Of a stretch of DNA of 64,000 nucleotides, positions 9,691 through 18,940 are shown piece by piece. Position numbers and translations under genes: made by a program. The DNA is from Escherichia phage KIT06. Where the stretch lies: the sequence record OQ349392.1; one strand, written 5' to 3'. The notes beneath the pieces are model-generated. The model was given only the letters and a program-made list of their open reading frames with translations. It made no database searches and was not told the origin of the DNA. Within the stretch, counting starts at the first letter, position 1; each line of letters starts with the position of its first letter.

Positions 9691-9853
9691 AAAGCAGATG
9701 TTTTTAATGAAGCTAATTGAAGAATATGCTAATGCAGTTTCTGACTATGAGTATTCTTCTCGTGAAAGAGGTACAGCTTTCGCAAAGGAAGAAATGAAAA
9801 TCATGGTTGATGCTCACACAAAGCTTCAGAATTTTATTGAAAACGTCATTTAA
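9680..9853 (+). CDS. hypothetical small protein
   Basis: 57-aa ORF below ORF-track threshold; ATG 9680 with SD AGGTGG; ends at TAA 9851-9853. Confidence 0.35.
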   Translation: MKTEKQMFLMKLIEEYANAVSDYEYSSRERGTAFAKEEMKIMVDAHTKLQNFIENVI

Positions 9854-9855
9854 TG

Positions 9856-9885
9856 GTTTACAAGTTGGCAAGGTTATGGTATAGT
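9856..9885 (+). promoter_or_regulatory. T4 early promoter
   Basis: GTTTAC 9856-9861, TGGTATAGT with -10 at 9880-9885. Confidence 0.6.
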
Positions 9886-10066
9886 AATCTTGTCAACTGC
9901 CAAGGAGAAGAGAATGAAAATTTTGTTTGTTGTGTATGTGATGATTCAATATAATTACCCAATGTTTACTTATAATCTAGTGAACAACATTATTGATATT
10001 ATTCAAAGGAGTATGTAATGACAAATGAACAAGCTTTTAAGTTAAGAGAATTAATTGAAACTTTAA

Positions 10067-10345
10067 TTGGTGAATAATGTGAGCTTTCCGAAATTAGAAG
10101 TAGGTGATTTAGTCTTAACAAAATTGTGGAATGATGCTCAATCAGTAGAAATCTGCCAATATCGTGGAGCAACAGGTAATTTGATGTACACGATTTATAA
10201 TCCAGAAATTTTATTAGAGTGTCATTTGGAACGCTTTATAAAAGACACTGATAGTATGCCTTATAGTGTATCGATTGTGCGTAAATCTGATACAAAGGAA
10301 TACTCTAAAATTTTAGAAAAAATTCATGCCAATAAAAAGGATTAA
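10067..10345 (+). CDS. hypothetical protein (start uncertain, non-ATG)
   Basis: 92-aa ORF with TTG/GTG candidate starts only (GTG 10079 has GGTGA upstream). Confidence 0.35.
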   Translation: MVNNVSFPKLEVGDLVLTKLWNDAQSVEICQYRGATGNLMYTIYNPEILLECHLERFIKDTDSMPYSVSIVRKSDTKEYSKILEKIHANKKD

Positions 10346-10346
10346 T

Positions 10347-10877
10347 ATGAAACGATTAGTACTAGAAGTTAGTTCACTTTTTGGTGAATTGGCTATAGAA
10401 AAAGTAAATAATATGTATCGTTTGACGCAAGAAGACGATATGCTGTATTTTACACCTAGTGAAATTATTCATTTAACCCAAATTGAAAAACCTTATACTG
10501 ATAAAATTGTAAGCATTAATGATGAGCATAAAATTCATTTCTATTCTTTATGCCCAGGATTTAACATTGAAAGCGAGTCAATATGCTTATCAATTAATAA
10601 TTGGGATAATTTTATAACTAAAATTAAATATTTTTATTATTCTAACGAAAGAAAACATGGTTTAAAATGGTTTAAAAATTGCAATGCTATTATTACTAAC
10701 GCTTGTAATCAAAATTATGAAACTGTTTTAAATGTATCAAAGTGTTACGAAGAAGGAGATGTCTTAACTATTCGTCAATCGGTAAATGATGTTAATGTTG
10801 TTGTATTAAACAAAGAAGAAGCTGTTTTATTAAAGACTTATCTTGATTCTGTCATTCCAACTATGATTTCAAAGTGA
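10347..10877 (+). CDS. hypothetical protein, paralog of 10884..11405
   Basis: 176 aa from ATG 10347; C-terminus EEAVLLKTYLDSVIPTM resembles downstream neighbour. Confidence 0.5.
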   Translation: MKRLVLEVSSLFGELAIEKVNNMYRLTQEDDMLYFTPSEIIHLTQIEKPYTDKIVSINDEHKIHFYSLCPGFNIESESICLSINNWDNFITKIKYFYYSNERKHGLKWFKNCNAIITNACNQNYETVLNVSKCYEEGDVLTIRQSVNDVNVVVLNKEEAVLLKTYLDSVIPTMISK

Positions 10878-10883
10878 GGAAAT

Positions 10884-11405
10884 ATGTTTATTTCAAGTGA
10901 AAGCGGTTTAATTCGTGTTGAATTTAAAAATGACATCTTCCTTATTCAAGGAGATGATATTATTAAAATGAGTTATGATGAAATTAAGAAAATTTGTAAT
11001 GCTCTTGAAAATCATGGAAAGGTGAATGCTGTCATTGATATTGGCGATTTATGGGTGACACTTTATGAAGTATCCGAAGGATTTAACATTGAAGATGAAA
11101 ACAACATCTTAGCTATTGATAAAAGAAGTGATTTGTTTGATGTGTTAAAAGTTTATGAACAGTCAAACGGTGGAAGAAAAGCTGCATTGATTTATCAAAA
11201 ACCACATTCATGCGGAACTGCTTCAATCATTTCAGATATTGAAGATGAAACTGATACTTATATGTGTATTTTAAAAGCTGGTGGTGACCGTCATCCGGAT
11301 TTTATTTCTATTCGTCAAAACAATGGAGAAATTTCATTATCAAAATCAGAAGCTGAAGCTATGATTAAGTATTTAACAACTGTTACACCTTCAATGAAAG
11401 GATAA
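10884..11405 (+). CDS. hypothetical protein, paralog of 10347..10877
   Basis: 173 aa; SD GAGGAA; C-terminus SEAEAMIKYLTTVTPSM resembles upstream neighbour. Confidence 0.5.
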   Translation: MFISSESGLIRVEFKNDIFLIQGDDIIKMSYDEIKKICNALENHGKVNAVIDIGDLWVTLYEVSEGFNIEDENNILAIDKRSDLFDVLKVYEQSNGGRKAALIYQKPHSCGTASIISDIEDETDTYMCILKAGGDRHPDFISIRQNNGEISLSKSEAEAMIKYLTTVTPSMKG

Positions 11406-11407
11406 TT

Positions 11408-11869
11408 ATGATTATTAATGAAAGCTCTTGGCACTATAAATTATTCAAAATGTTTAACGACGAATGGAAACGACCTAAGACACTGTGTGCATATTTTTGG
11501 TCTATTGTTATCCCTACATTTTTCGTTTCTTTTTTCGGATGTACTATACTCGCAGGTCTAACTATCATCTGCGCAGAAATCATGCAGAAATGGCTTATTT
11601 TTGGTAGTTTATGGACTCTTATTCCATCAGCATTTATACTTGCTATTTTGCTTGTTTTACTTATTATTGGTTCATTTGTTATTCCTGCACAATTGCATGA
11701 AAAATATAAAGATTATAAATGGAAAAAGGATTATGCTTTACATGTAGAAAATATTGATAGAGCGTATAAAGGTTTACCTCCTATTCAACCAAAGAAATCT
11801 ATTATCGTCGAATTTTTAAAAGCGCGTAAAGCTAAAGTATGTCCTGTTATTGAATATAAGGCTGAATGA
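11408..11869 (+). CDS. hypothetical integral membrane protein
   Basis: 153 aa with 3-4 hydrophobic helices. Confidence 0.5.
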   Translation: MIINESSWHYKLFKMFNDEWKRPKTLCAYFWSIVIPTFFVSFFGCTILAGLTIICAEIMQKWLIFGSLWTLIPSAFILAILLVLLIIGSFVIPAQLHEKYKDYKWKKDYALHVENIDRAYKGLPPIQPKKSIIVEFLKARKAKVCPVIEYKAE

Positions 11870-12879
11870 TGAAAACAGTAATGAAAAGCTATTTTGGTAG
11901 TCATCTTTATGGAACTTCTACTCCAGAATCTGATGTAGATTTTAAAGAAATCTTTGTTCCTCCTGCTCGTGATATTCTTATCGGAAATGTTAAAGAGCAT
12001 ATGAGTAAAAACACTAACAACACATCATCTAAAAACACTAAAGATGATATTGACCATGAACTATACAGTCTTAAGTATTTCTTTAAATTAGCAGCAGATG
12101 GTGAAACTGTAGCATTGGATATGCTCCACACTCCACCTGAACTGGTAGTTAAATCTGATTTGCCTGATGTATGGAAGTTTATTCAAGACAATCGTTCTCG
12201 TTTTTATACAACTAACATGAAATCTTATTTAGGATATGTCCGCAAGCAAGCTTCTAAATATGGTGTCAAGGGTTCTCGTTTGGCCGCATTGCGTGATGTA
12301 TTGAAAGTAGTTAATCAAATCCCTGAGCAATGGGTTGATTACCAAGAAGACGGTTCCATTAAGCAGCGTCGAACTAAAGTTGAAGATATTAAGCATCGTC
12401 TTCCAGAGAACGAATTCTGTGAATGGGTATTCCATAATCATGAGAAAACAGGCCCACAAACGTTCTACACTGTGTTGGGCCGTAAATATCAGACAACGCT
12501 TTCTCTTATCGAGCTTAAGCAGTCACTGAACAAATTAGATGCTGAATATGGCGAGCGCGCTCGTAAGGCTGAAGCTAATGAAGGTATTGACTGGAAAGCT
12601 CTGAGTCATGCTTGTCGTGGTGGACTCCAACTATTGGAAATTTACAAAACTGGTGACTTAGTCTATCCACTTCAAGACGCTCCTTTTATTCTCGACGTGA
12701 AGTTGGGTAAACATCCATTTAAAACTGTTCAAGAGTTTTTGGAAGATGTGGTCGATCAAGTAGAAGCAGCATCCATTGAAGCTTCTAAGAACGGTATGCA
12801 GCAAAAAGTAGATATGAGTTTCTGGGATGACTTCCTTGAGAGGGTTTATCTTGAAAACCACCGAAGTTATTATAAATGA
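11866..12879 (+). CDS. predicted nucleotidyltransferase (pol-beta superfamily fold)
   Basis: 337 aa; N-terminal motif YFGSHLYGTSTPESDVDF fits the GS...DxD nucleotidyltransferase signature; ATGA overlap with upstream gene. Confidence 0.55.
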   Translation: MMKTVMKSYFGSHLYGTSTPESDVDFKEIFVPPARDILIGNVKEHMSKNTNNTSSKNTKDDIDHELYSLKYFFKLAADGETVALDMLHTPPELVVKSDLPDVWKFIQDNRSRFYTTNMKSYLGYVRKQASKYGVKGSRLAALRDVLKVVNQIPEQWVDYQEDGSIKQRRTKVEDIKHRLPENEFCEWVFHNHEKTGPQTFYTVLGRKYQTTLSLIELKQSLNKLDAEYGERARKAEANEGIDWKALSHACRGGLQLLEIYKTGDLVYPLQDAPFILDVKLGKHPFKTVQEFLEDVVDQVEAASIEASKNGMQQKVDMSFWDDFLERVYLENHRSYYK

Positions 12880-12880
12880 T

Positions 12881-12906
12881 AGGGAGCCTTCGGGCTCCCT
12901 TTTTTG
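12881..12906 (+). terminator. rho-independent terminator (UUCG tetraloop)
   Basis: AGGGAGCC TTCG GGCTCCCT followed by TTTTTT. Confidence 0.8.
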
Positions 12907-12927
12907 TTTAAATGACGTCACAAAGTT

Positions 12928-12957
12928 GTTTACAAGCATAAAGCTTTGTGGTACTAT
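12928..12957 (+). promoter_or_regulatory. T4 early promoter with conserved leader cassette
   Basis: GTTTAC 12928-12933, TGGTACTAT -10 at 12952-12957, then leader ACAACTATCAACTGATG...GGAATAAAATG. Confidence 0.6.
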
Positions 12958-12991
12958 ACAACTATCAACTGATGTGGATTTGGGGAATAAA

Positions 12992-13141
12992 ATGAAAACT
13001 ACGTTAATTGAAGTAAAAAAGTTGATTGACACAGAAGAGATTTCAGCTTATTTTGAAAATTTCTTAGAAGATGCAACTGAAGATAACGCGGTTTATCTCG
13101 CTCAGAAAATTATAGAAACATATTTGGAGCAGAATCAATGA
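12992..13141 (+). CDS. hypothetical small protein
   Basis: 49 aa from first ATG (ORF track 12827 is a non-ATG start spanning terminator and promoter). Confidence 0.4.
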   Translation: MKTTLIEVKKLIDTEEISAYFENFLEDATEDNAVYLAQKIIETYLEQNQ

Positions 13142-13401
13142 CAGTTTACGTAGATGTTTTAATGAATCATGGATGGAAACTTCGCGGTCATCCAACTAAA
13201 AATTGTCATATGTTCACTGATGGAGATATTGAAGAGCTTCATGAAATGGCAGAAGCAATAGGAATGAAACGTTCTTGGTTTCAAGATAAACGCATTAAAC
13301 ATTATGACTTACACGCGCGGCGACGCCAAAAAGCCGTAGAACTTGGAGCTGTAGAAGTATCTCGTCGCGAAGCAGTAAAAATTTGGCGAACATTAAAATA
13401 A
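13138..13401 (+). CDS. hypothetical protein (DUF4031-like)
   Basis: 87 aa; recalled resemblance to the DUF4031 family (CHMFTDGDIEELHEMAEAIGMKRSWFQ...HYDL); not verified. Confidence 0.45.
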   Translation: MTVYVDVLMNHGWKLRGHPTKNCHMFTDGDIEELHEMAEAIGMKRSWFQDKRIKHYDLHARRRQKAVELGAVEVSRREAVKIWRTLK

Positions 13402-13404
13402 ATT

Positions 13405-13434
13405 GTTTACAGTAGGGTAGTAGTGTGATACTAT
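13405..13434 (+). promoter_or_regulatory. T4 early promoter embedded in inverted repeat
   Basis: GTTTAC 13405-13410, -10 GATACTAT; flanked by AGGGTA (13413-13418) and TACCCT (13435-13440). Confidence 0.5.
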
Positions 13435-13470
13435 TACCCTATCAAAACAAATGTGAAATTGGAGAATAAA

Positions 13471-14439
13471 ATGAAAACTGTAACTATCAATAAGGGTATC
13501 TACTTCGGTAAAGAAATCTCTGGAACTTTTGAGCTTTTAGGCGAATGGTTCCCAGATAATGCTCCGGTAGATGCACAAGGAGATGGTAAAGTTTTTGTTG
13601 AAATTGACGGTAAACGTCGCGGTGTTTGGGTTTACAAATCAGATATTTCATATGATGGTGTAAAAGTTGAAGAAGTTAAAGAATCATATGAAGATATGAA
13701 AACCCGCATTAATAAAAGATTTAATGTTATGGGAATGATGACGAATGGTATTATTAACGGAAATATTCGTTCATTGATTATCTCTGGCGCAGCAGGTATT
13801 GGTAAAACGTATTCTTTAGATAAAGCTTTAAATAAAGCAAATGATATTGGATACATTGAATATAAAAGCATTAATGGTAAAATCTCTGGTATTGGTCTTT
13901 ATGAACAGCTTTGGAATAATCGTGAAGAGAATTCTGTCCTTTTGATTGATGATGTGGATGTTTTCTCTGATATGGACATTCTTAATCTTCTAAAAGCTGC
14001 TCTGGACACTGGAGAGACCCGTAAAGTCTGCTGGAGCACTGCATCTTCTTACTTAGAAGAAAAAGGCATTGACCGTGAGTTTGAATTTAAAGGAACGATT
14101 GTTTTTATCACAAACGTTGACATTGACCGCGAATTAGACCGTGGTACTAAACTTGCCCCACACTTACAAGCATTAGTGTCCCGCTCAGTTTATTTGGATT
14201 TGGGTGTTCACACTAATGAAGAAATTATGGTCAGGGTTGAAGATGTTATTCTTTCAACTGACATGATGCAAAAGCGCGGTCTTTCTGATGAAGAAACTTA
14301 TAAAGCATTATCATGGATGAAAGTTAATGTTAATCGTTTACGCAATGTTTCACTGCGTACTGCTCTTTATCTTGCTGACTTTATTATGACCGACAAAAAC
14401 GGTTGGGAAGAAATTGCTGAGGTTACTCTTCTGAAATAA
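13471..14439 (+). CDS. AAA+-type ATPase
   Basis: 322 aa from ATG 13471; Walker A ISGAAGIGKTYS, Walker B VLLIDDVD; SD GGAGAA. Confidence 0.6.
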   Translation: MKTVTINKGIYFGKEISGTFELLGEWFPDNAPVDAQGDGKVFVEIDGKRRGVWVYKSDISYDGVKVEEVKESYEDMKTRINKRFNVMGMMTNGIINGNIRSLIISGAAGIGKTYSLDKALNKANDIGYIEYKSINGKISGIGLYEQLWNNREENSVLLIDDVDVFSDMDILNLLKAALDTGETRKVCWSTASSYLEEKGIDREFEFKGTIVFITNVDIDRELDRGTKLAPHLQALVSRSVYLDLGVHTNEEIMVRVEDVILSTDMMQKRGLSDEETYKALSWMKVNVNRLRNVSLRTALYLADFIMTDKNGWEEIAEVTLLK

Positions 14440-14540
14440 TTCATAAGAGGACTTCTATGACAAAAAGGCAGTTCAGAAATAGATTATATGGACTGCCATC
14501 AAAAAGATGACTAGAATTAAACTGGTGAATGGAGGTAGTG

Positions 14541-14843
14541 ATGTTATACTCAAAGGCTCGTGAAATTTACGAAACTAAGATTAAAGAAGCTGTATTTCAA
14601 TTCGCAACGACAATGCGATGGACAAATGATTGGGAATATTCAAAAAATCATAAGAAGCCCTTGGTGACAAGAAAGGCTCATATGTTAGTGTTAATAGACC
14701 GTGAGCAGATTAAAGCCCGAGAAGCCCTCCAGAATCATAAAAAGGCTGCCTTTGAATGGTTTATGGATAACACTGCTCCTGAGACTAAGAAAGCAGTGAG
14801 CGCTTGGTTCAGTGGAAAAAATTGTGAAAGAAGTTTCTTTTAG
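14541..14843 (+). CDS. hypothetical protein
   Basis: 100 aa from ATG 14541 with SD GGAGG. Confidence 0.45.
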   Translation: MLYSKAREIYETKIKEAVFQFATTMRWTNDWEYSKNHKKPLVTRKAHMLVLIDREQIKAREALQNHKKAAFEWFMDNTAPETKKAVSAWFSGKNCERSFF

Positions 14844-14845
14844 TG

Positions 14846-14875
14846 GTTTACAAGACTGTTCCTCTGTGGTACTAT
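14846..14875 (+). promoter_or_regulatory. T4 early promoter with conserved leader cassette
   Basis: GTTTAC 14846-14851, TGGTACTAT -10 at 14870-14875; 9-bp inverted repeat CTGTTCCTC/GAGGAACAG at 14856-14864 and 14892-14900. Confidence 0.6.
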
Positions 14876-14903
14876 ACAACTATCAACTACGGAGGAACAG
14901 AAA

Positions 14904-15431
14904 ATGAACGCTAAAGATATTTTCAACTTGGTAAATTACAATGATGGTAAATTTAAATCTGAAGCACAGAGTAAGTTCTTTAATGACATCTCAATCGGAG
15001 GTGAAATCACTGTTGATGGAGGACAAATTTACAAATCCCGTTGGAATTGGATCGTTATTATTGATGAGATTGGTATTGTAGAAATTTACAAGAATACGAA
15101 TAAAAATCGTACATTACACTGGTCTCGTGATACTAACGAACAGTACAAAAAGGATAAAGCATCTAAATTATCTCGTGTAACTCAAGAAGATATTGAGTTC
15201 ATCAAGAAAGATATTTTAATGTATGATAACTTAATTGCTGAAGAGCAAGCTGTTATTGATAAATTTGATGAGATTAAAGCTTCTCGTGAAATTCCTGATT
15301 TTATGAAAGAATCAGTAAATGAACGATACACTCTCATTTCAGAGCGTATTGAAACTTACAAAAAGCAAAGAGCTGAACGCCAAAATACTCTTCGGAAGTT
15401 TGAAGAACGGTTAAAGACGGTACTCGCATAA
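14904..15431 (+). CDS. hypothetical protein
   Basis: 175-aa ORF with SD GGAGGAA, charged coiled-coil-like C-terminus. Confidence 0.5.
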   Translation: MNAKDIFNLVNYNDGKFKSEAQSKFFNDISIGGEITVDGGQIYKSRWNWIVIIDEIGIVEIYKNTNKNRTLHWSRDTNEQYKKDKASKLSRVTQEDIEFIKKDILMYDNLIAEEQAVIDKFDEIKASREIPDFMKESVNERYTLISERIETYKKQRAERQNTLRKFEERLKTVLA

Positions 15432-15486
15432 CCGCTTTATACCAAGGATGGTATAATGGTTCTAAGCCCTTTTAATTGAGATTATT

Positions 15487-15894
15487 ATGAAACAGTTGAT
15501 AATTAAAAGATTGAATTTATTGATATGTTGTTTATGTGTAGTAGTTGCATACGGTTATTATGCTATTAATGATTATATGCATTATAAAGATTATGATGTT
15601 ACTGTAGTTAATACCATTACAGGAACACAAGGAAAAGGGTCTAGTTTATCGTTTATTGCCGTATATGAACTTAAAGACGGTTATAGATTTAGTGAATATA
15701 TTTCCCCAGAGATGTATTCTTCAATAGAAAAAGGTGATAATATTACTGTAAGTTTACGTCCTTTCGACGTAAAACAGACACTGTTTGATAATATTGTTTG
15801 GTTCTTTGGGATGGTATTAGTTCAATCTGTGTGCGGTGCTTATGTAGTCTGTTCCATCTTATTCTGTATATTTAGTAAAATTGAAATTGAGTGA
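15487..15894 (+). CDS. hypothetical membrane protein
   Basis: 135 aa, N-terminal and C-terminal hydrophobic helices. Confidence 0.5.
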   Translation: MKQLIIKRLNLLICCLCVVVAYGYYAINDYMHYKDYDVTVVNTITGTQGKGSSLSFIAVYELKDGYRFSEYISPEMYSSIEKGDNITVSLRPFDVKQTLFDNIVWFFGMVLVQSVCGAYVVCSILFCIFSKIEIE

Positions 15895-15901
15895 GGAAAA
15901 T

Positions 15902-16792
15902 ATGTCAGTAGTAATTAATAATGTCAATGCAGTAATTAAATCTTTAGTTAATAAAAAAATGATGAATGAATGGACTGTATTTCGTCGTGGAGAGCCAGAT
16001 AAATTTTTTCATAGATTTAACCCAACTTTGGATTTGAATGTTATCGACAAAGATGTTCATGCAGAAATTTTAGATAAGTTTAAAGTTGATATTGGATTTG
16101 GATTAGAAAAACATTTACAGCGAACAACCGGGTCTGGAATGAGTTTATCTAATCGCATTATGAAAGCCCTTAATAAAATTGGAGCGTTGTCTCGTATTAA
16201 TGCGAGTGAAATTCTTCGTAATTATAATAAAGGATATGACCTTTATGGTCGACTAATGCCGAAATTATCATTCGATCAAATGATTGCGGATTTGTGGGAA
16301 AATCAACGACGATTATTAGCATTAGGCGCTCGATTAGCTAAAGGTCTAGATAAACAAATGATTTTTAAGACCAATAATACAGAAGACCTTAAATGCTTTA
16401 AATTTAGTATTCGTGGAGATGATTATTACATCAGAGCTCGCTCTACCGATTATATTAATATGGGACATCATCTCTGTTTAGCTTTTGAAGTTTTAAAAGA
16501 AGCTGGAACACTAGAATATTCATCTGGTGCAAAATGCCCTATTGGTTCAAGTTGTATTTTAATTTATCGCCCGGATGAATCTAGTTCAACTAAATTGCCT
16601 ACAAAACCTGTACCGGTTCGTAGTAACGAAAAACATTCTGAACAAATTGATTATTTTAATAAGCAGATTGAAGAGCTGAATATTTCTATTCAACAATATG
16701 ATGATGAAATTTTCAGACTATCTGGATTGAGTAGTAAAGCTAAATCTGAGCGTGAAAAGTTAATTAAAATTGTTGATTTACTTAAATCTTAA
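15902..16792 (+). CDS. hypothetical protein with C-terminal coiled coil (paralog family member 1)
   Basis: 296 aa from ATG 15902, SD GAGGAAAA; C-terminal heptad-like segment. Confidence 0.5.
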   Translation: MSVVINNVNAVIKSLVNKKMMNEWTVFRRGEPDKFFHRFNPTLDLNVIDKDVHAEILDKFKVDIGFGLEKHLQRTTGSGMSLSNRIMKALNKIGALSRINASEILRNYNKGYDLYGRLMPKLSFDQMIADLWENQRRLLALGARLAKGLDKQMIFKTNNTEDLKCFKFSIRGDDYYIRARSTDYINMGHHLCLAFEVLKEAGTLEYSSGAKCPIGSSCILIYRPDESSSTKLPTKPVPVRSNEKHSEQIDYFNKQIEELNISIQQYDDEIFRLSGLSSKAKSEREKLIKIVDLLKS

Positions 16793-16800
16793 GGAACACC

Positions 16801-17829
16801 ATGAAAACTCGTTCTCAAATTGAAGATATGGTTCGTACTGCCAGTGATACTCGTAATGTTATGACATTTTTGTGTGAAAATAATTTAGACCCTGATAAAG
16901 TTAATCGTGTTATTCATCACTTTAAGTATACGAATAGCAGTGAATGGGTGCGTAATTTTAGTAAAGCGGGTTATATTACACAAATGACTGCTCGTGAGCA
17001 ACTCACCGATTTCTGTAAAACTATTGATTATAAAAATCCTCTATTTGTTCAAGGCGTTGGTCAAAGTAAGGTCGATTTATCATCTGGATTTTTCAATCCA
17101 AATCATTATCGTATTGAATGGAGATTTATTGCTCTGTTCCGTAGACAATTAAAGCAAATTTTATCAACTGCGAGTCGATTAAAAGGTTCTGATATTAATT
17201 TAAAGAATCTGAAATTTGATGGTTATACTCTTCAGATGGAAGTAAGACCATTAAAAGAAAATAATAGAACTGCACGAATTAGCTTTAAACCTAATACAAA
17301 AAATTCTCTTTCAATTTGCGAATGCCTTAAATCGCAGTTGACAGAAGCATTTAAGTATATGGATGTTGTTGCCGCTGTTCAGTCTAAGATTTTACCTCGT
17401 TTTGAGCGATTTAAATTAGACACAACAACATATGAACTTGATATGATCGTTTCATTTAAATACGATTTTTTGAGAAAGGATGAAGTCACGCAAGAGAAAA
17501 AGCAAGAAGTGCAAGATAACTTAAATTTAAATTTATCCAATTACTCATCAAACGACCCTAAATTTTGGATGTATAGCTCAAGCAATATAGATGCATGTAA
17601 ACTTAATAAAGTGAGTTTTCTTCCTACTGAAAATTCAAATTTTAAACCTGTAGAAAAATGGCACGCTGACGCGATTGAGAAGTCTCTTGAGGCAGTAGAT
17701 GATGAACTCGTTAAAGCGACCAATGAAGTGCTAGAAGCTGAAAAGGTGTTAGAACAAGCTCAGTCAAGGGTTCAAAATCTGACAAAGCAACGTTCTAAAC
17801 TGAACAATGCACTAAATGCACTGAACTAG
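16801..17829 (+). CDS. hypothetical protein with C-terminal coiled coil (paralog family member 2)
   Basis: 342 aa; C-terminus EAEKVLEQAQSRVQNLTKQRSKLNNALNALN. Confidence 0.5.
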   Translation: MKTRSQIEDMVRTASDTRNVMTFLCENNLDPDKVNRVIHHFKYTNSSEWVRNFSKAGYITQMTAREQLTDFCKTIDYKNPLFVQGVGQSKVDLSSGFFNPNHYRIEWRFIALFRRQLKQILSTASRLKGSDINLKNLKFDGYTLQMEVRPLKENNRTARISFKPNTKNSLSICECLKSQLTEAFKYMDVVAAVQSKILPRFERFKLDTTTYELDMIVSFKYDFLRKDEVTQEKKQEVQDNLNLNLSNYSSNDPKFWMYSSSNIDACKLNKVSFLPTENSNFKPVEKWHADAIEKSLEAVDDELVKATNEVLEAEKVLEQAQSRVQNLTKQRSKLNNALNALN

Positions 17830-17858
17830 TTTACTTTGCCACAAGGATGTGGTATAAT
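17829..17858 (+). promoter_or_regulatory. T4 early promoter
   Basis: GTTTAC 17829-17834, TGGTATAAT with TATAAT 17853-17858; near-identical copy at 63946-63975. Confidence 0.65.
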
Positions 17859-17886
17859 GTTCTTACTTTCTACTGAGGAGATTAAT

Positions 17887-18888
17887 ATGACTCGTAACGA
17901 ATATATCAAATCATTCAATAGTGTTATTGATGATAAAGCTATACCGATGTTTGGCCAAAATAGCGTTCTTTCTATTATCAATCAATGGCTCAATAGTGTT
18001 GATGCAGGTATTGTTTCTTCTACTAAATTTATTCATGAAATTCGTAAAATTTCTAGTCGTGTAGATAAAGATGTTATCAAGAAAACCTTTAAAGAGTCTC
18101 GTCTTCTTTCATATTTGGTTAATCGGGATATTCTTGGTAATTTTGGGAAAGAAATTAAACGAACCAAAGATGTAGTAGGATATAATTGGTTCGGTGATGT
18201 TAATTCTTATCATCTTAATAATAAAGAAGACCCTGAGAATATTTTTACTCGTCGTTGGATTAGTAATTTCAGACTTTTCAAAGGACAGATTCTAAAATCA
18301 GCTTCTAAATTATGTTATGGCGATTATCGTCAAATTCATCCTTTGGCTTCTGATATGATTATCATAAAAGAATATGAACTTGATAAAAATAAAGTATCTA
18401 TTTTTGTGAATTATGGATTTTTTACACCAGAAACTAACCAAAAGAATATTAATAAATTTTTCTCAATTGCTAGCACTATAACTCGTCAATTAGAAACCGC
18501 ATTACTTTGTATGGAAACGGTAGAAAATATTCATACTTATCCTTTTAAGAATATGTGTGGTTGGGAAGGATATAAAATTATAATTAGCCTTCGTGAAGTG
18601 AAATGCGCTTATTCACCGACTGATAAAGAAATTTACCAACAAAAATGTGATGAAATTGTGAATACTCCTAAAGAAGAAACTACCCTTGAAGAACTAATGG
18701 ATAATCTTGACGATTCGCCTGAACCGATAGAAATTCGTCCAGAAGTTATTGCACTAGAAAAAGCTTATAAAGAAGTTCTAGAAATTTCTAATAAAGCGCA
18801 GAAAGAATATGAGAAGGCTAAAAGGATTTGGGAAGAATCTGTTAATCGTCTGGATCGTCTTGAACAAGCTTTACAGCTAATTAAGTAA
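17887..18888 (+). CDS. hypothetical protein with C-terminal coiled coil (paralog family member 3)
   Basis: 333 aa from ATG 17887, SD GAGGAG; ORF track 17836 start lies inside the promoter. Confidence 0.5.
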   Translation: MTRNEYIKSFNSVIDDKAIPMFGQNSVLSIINQWLNSVDAGIVSSTKFIHEIRKISSRVDKDVIKKTFKESRLLSYLVNRDILGNFGKEIKRTKDVVGYNWFGDVNSYHLNNKEDPENIFTRRWISNFRLFKGQILKSASKLCYGDYRQIHPLASDMIIIKEYELDKNKVSIFVNYGFFTPETNQKNINKFFSIASTITRQLETALLCMETVENIHTYPFKNMCGWEGYKIIISLREVKCAYSPTDKEIYQQKCDEIVNTPKEETTLEELMDNLDDSPEPIEIRPEVIALEKAYKEVLEISNKAQKEYEKAKRIWEESVNRLDRLEQALQLIK

Positions 18889-18940
18889 TTTAAAGCCAAG
18901 GATGGCTCGGAGTATAAATCATTAACCAAATGAGAAGAAC

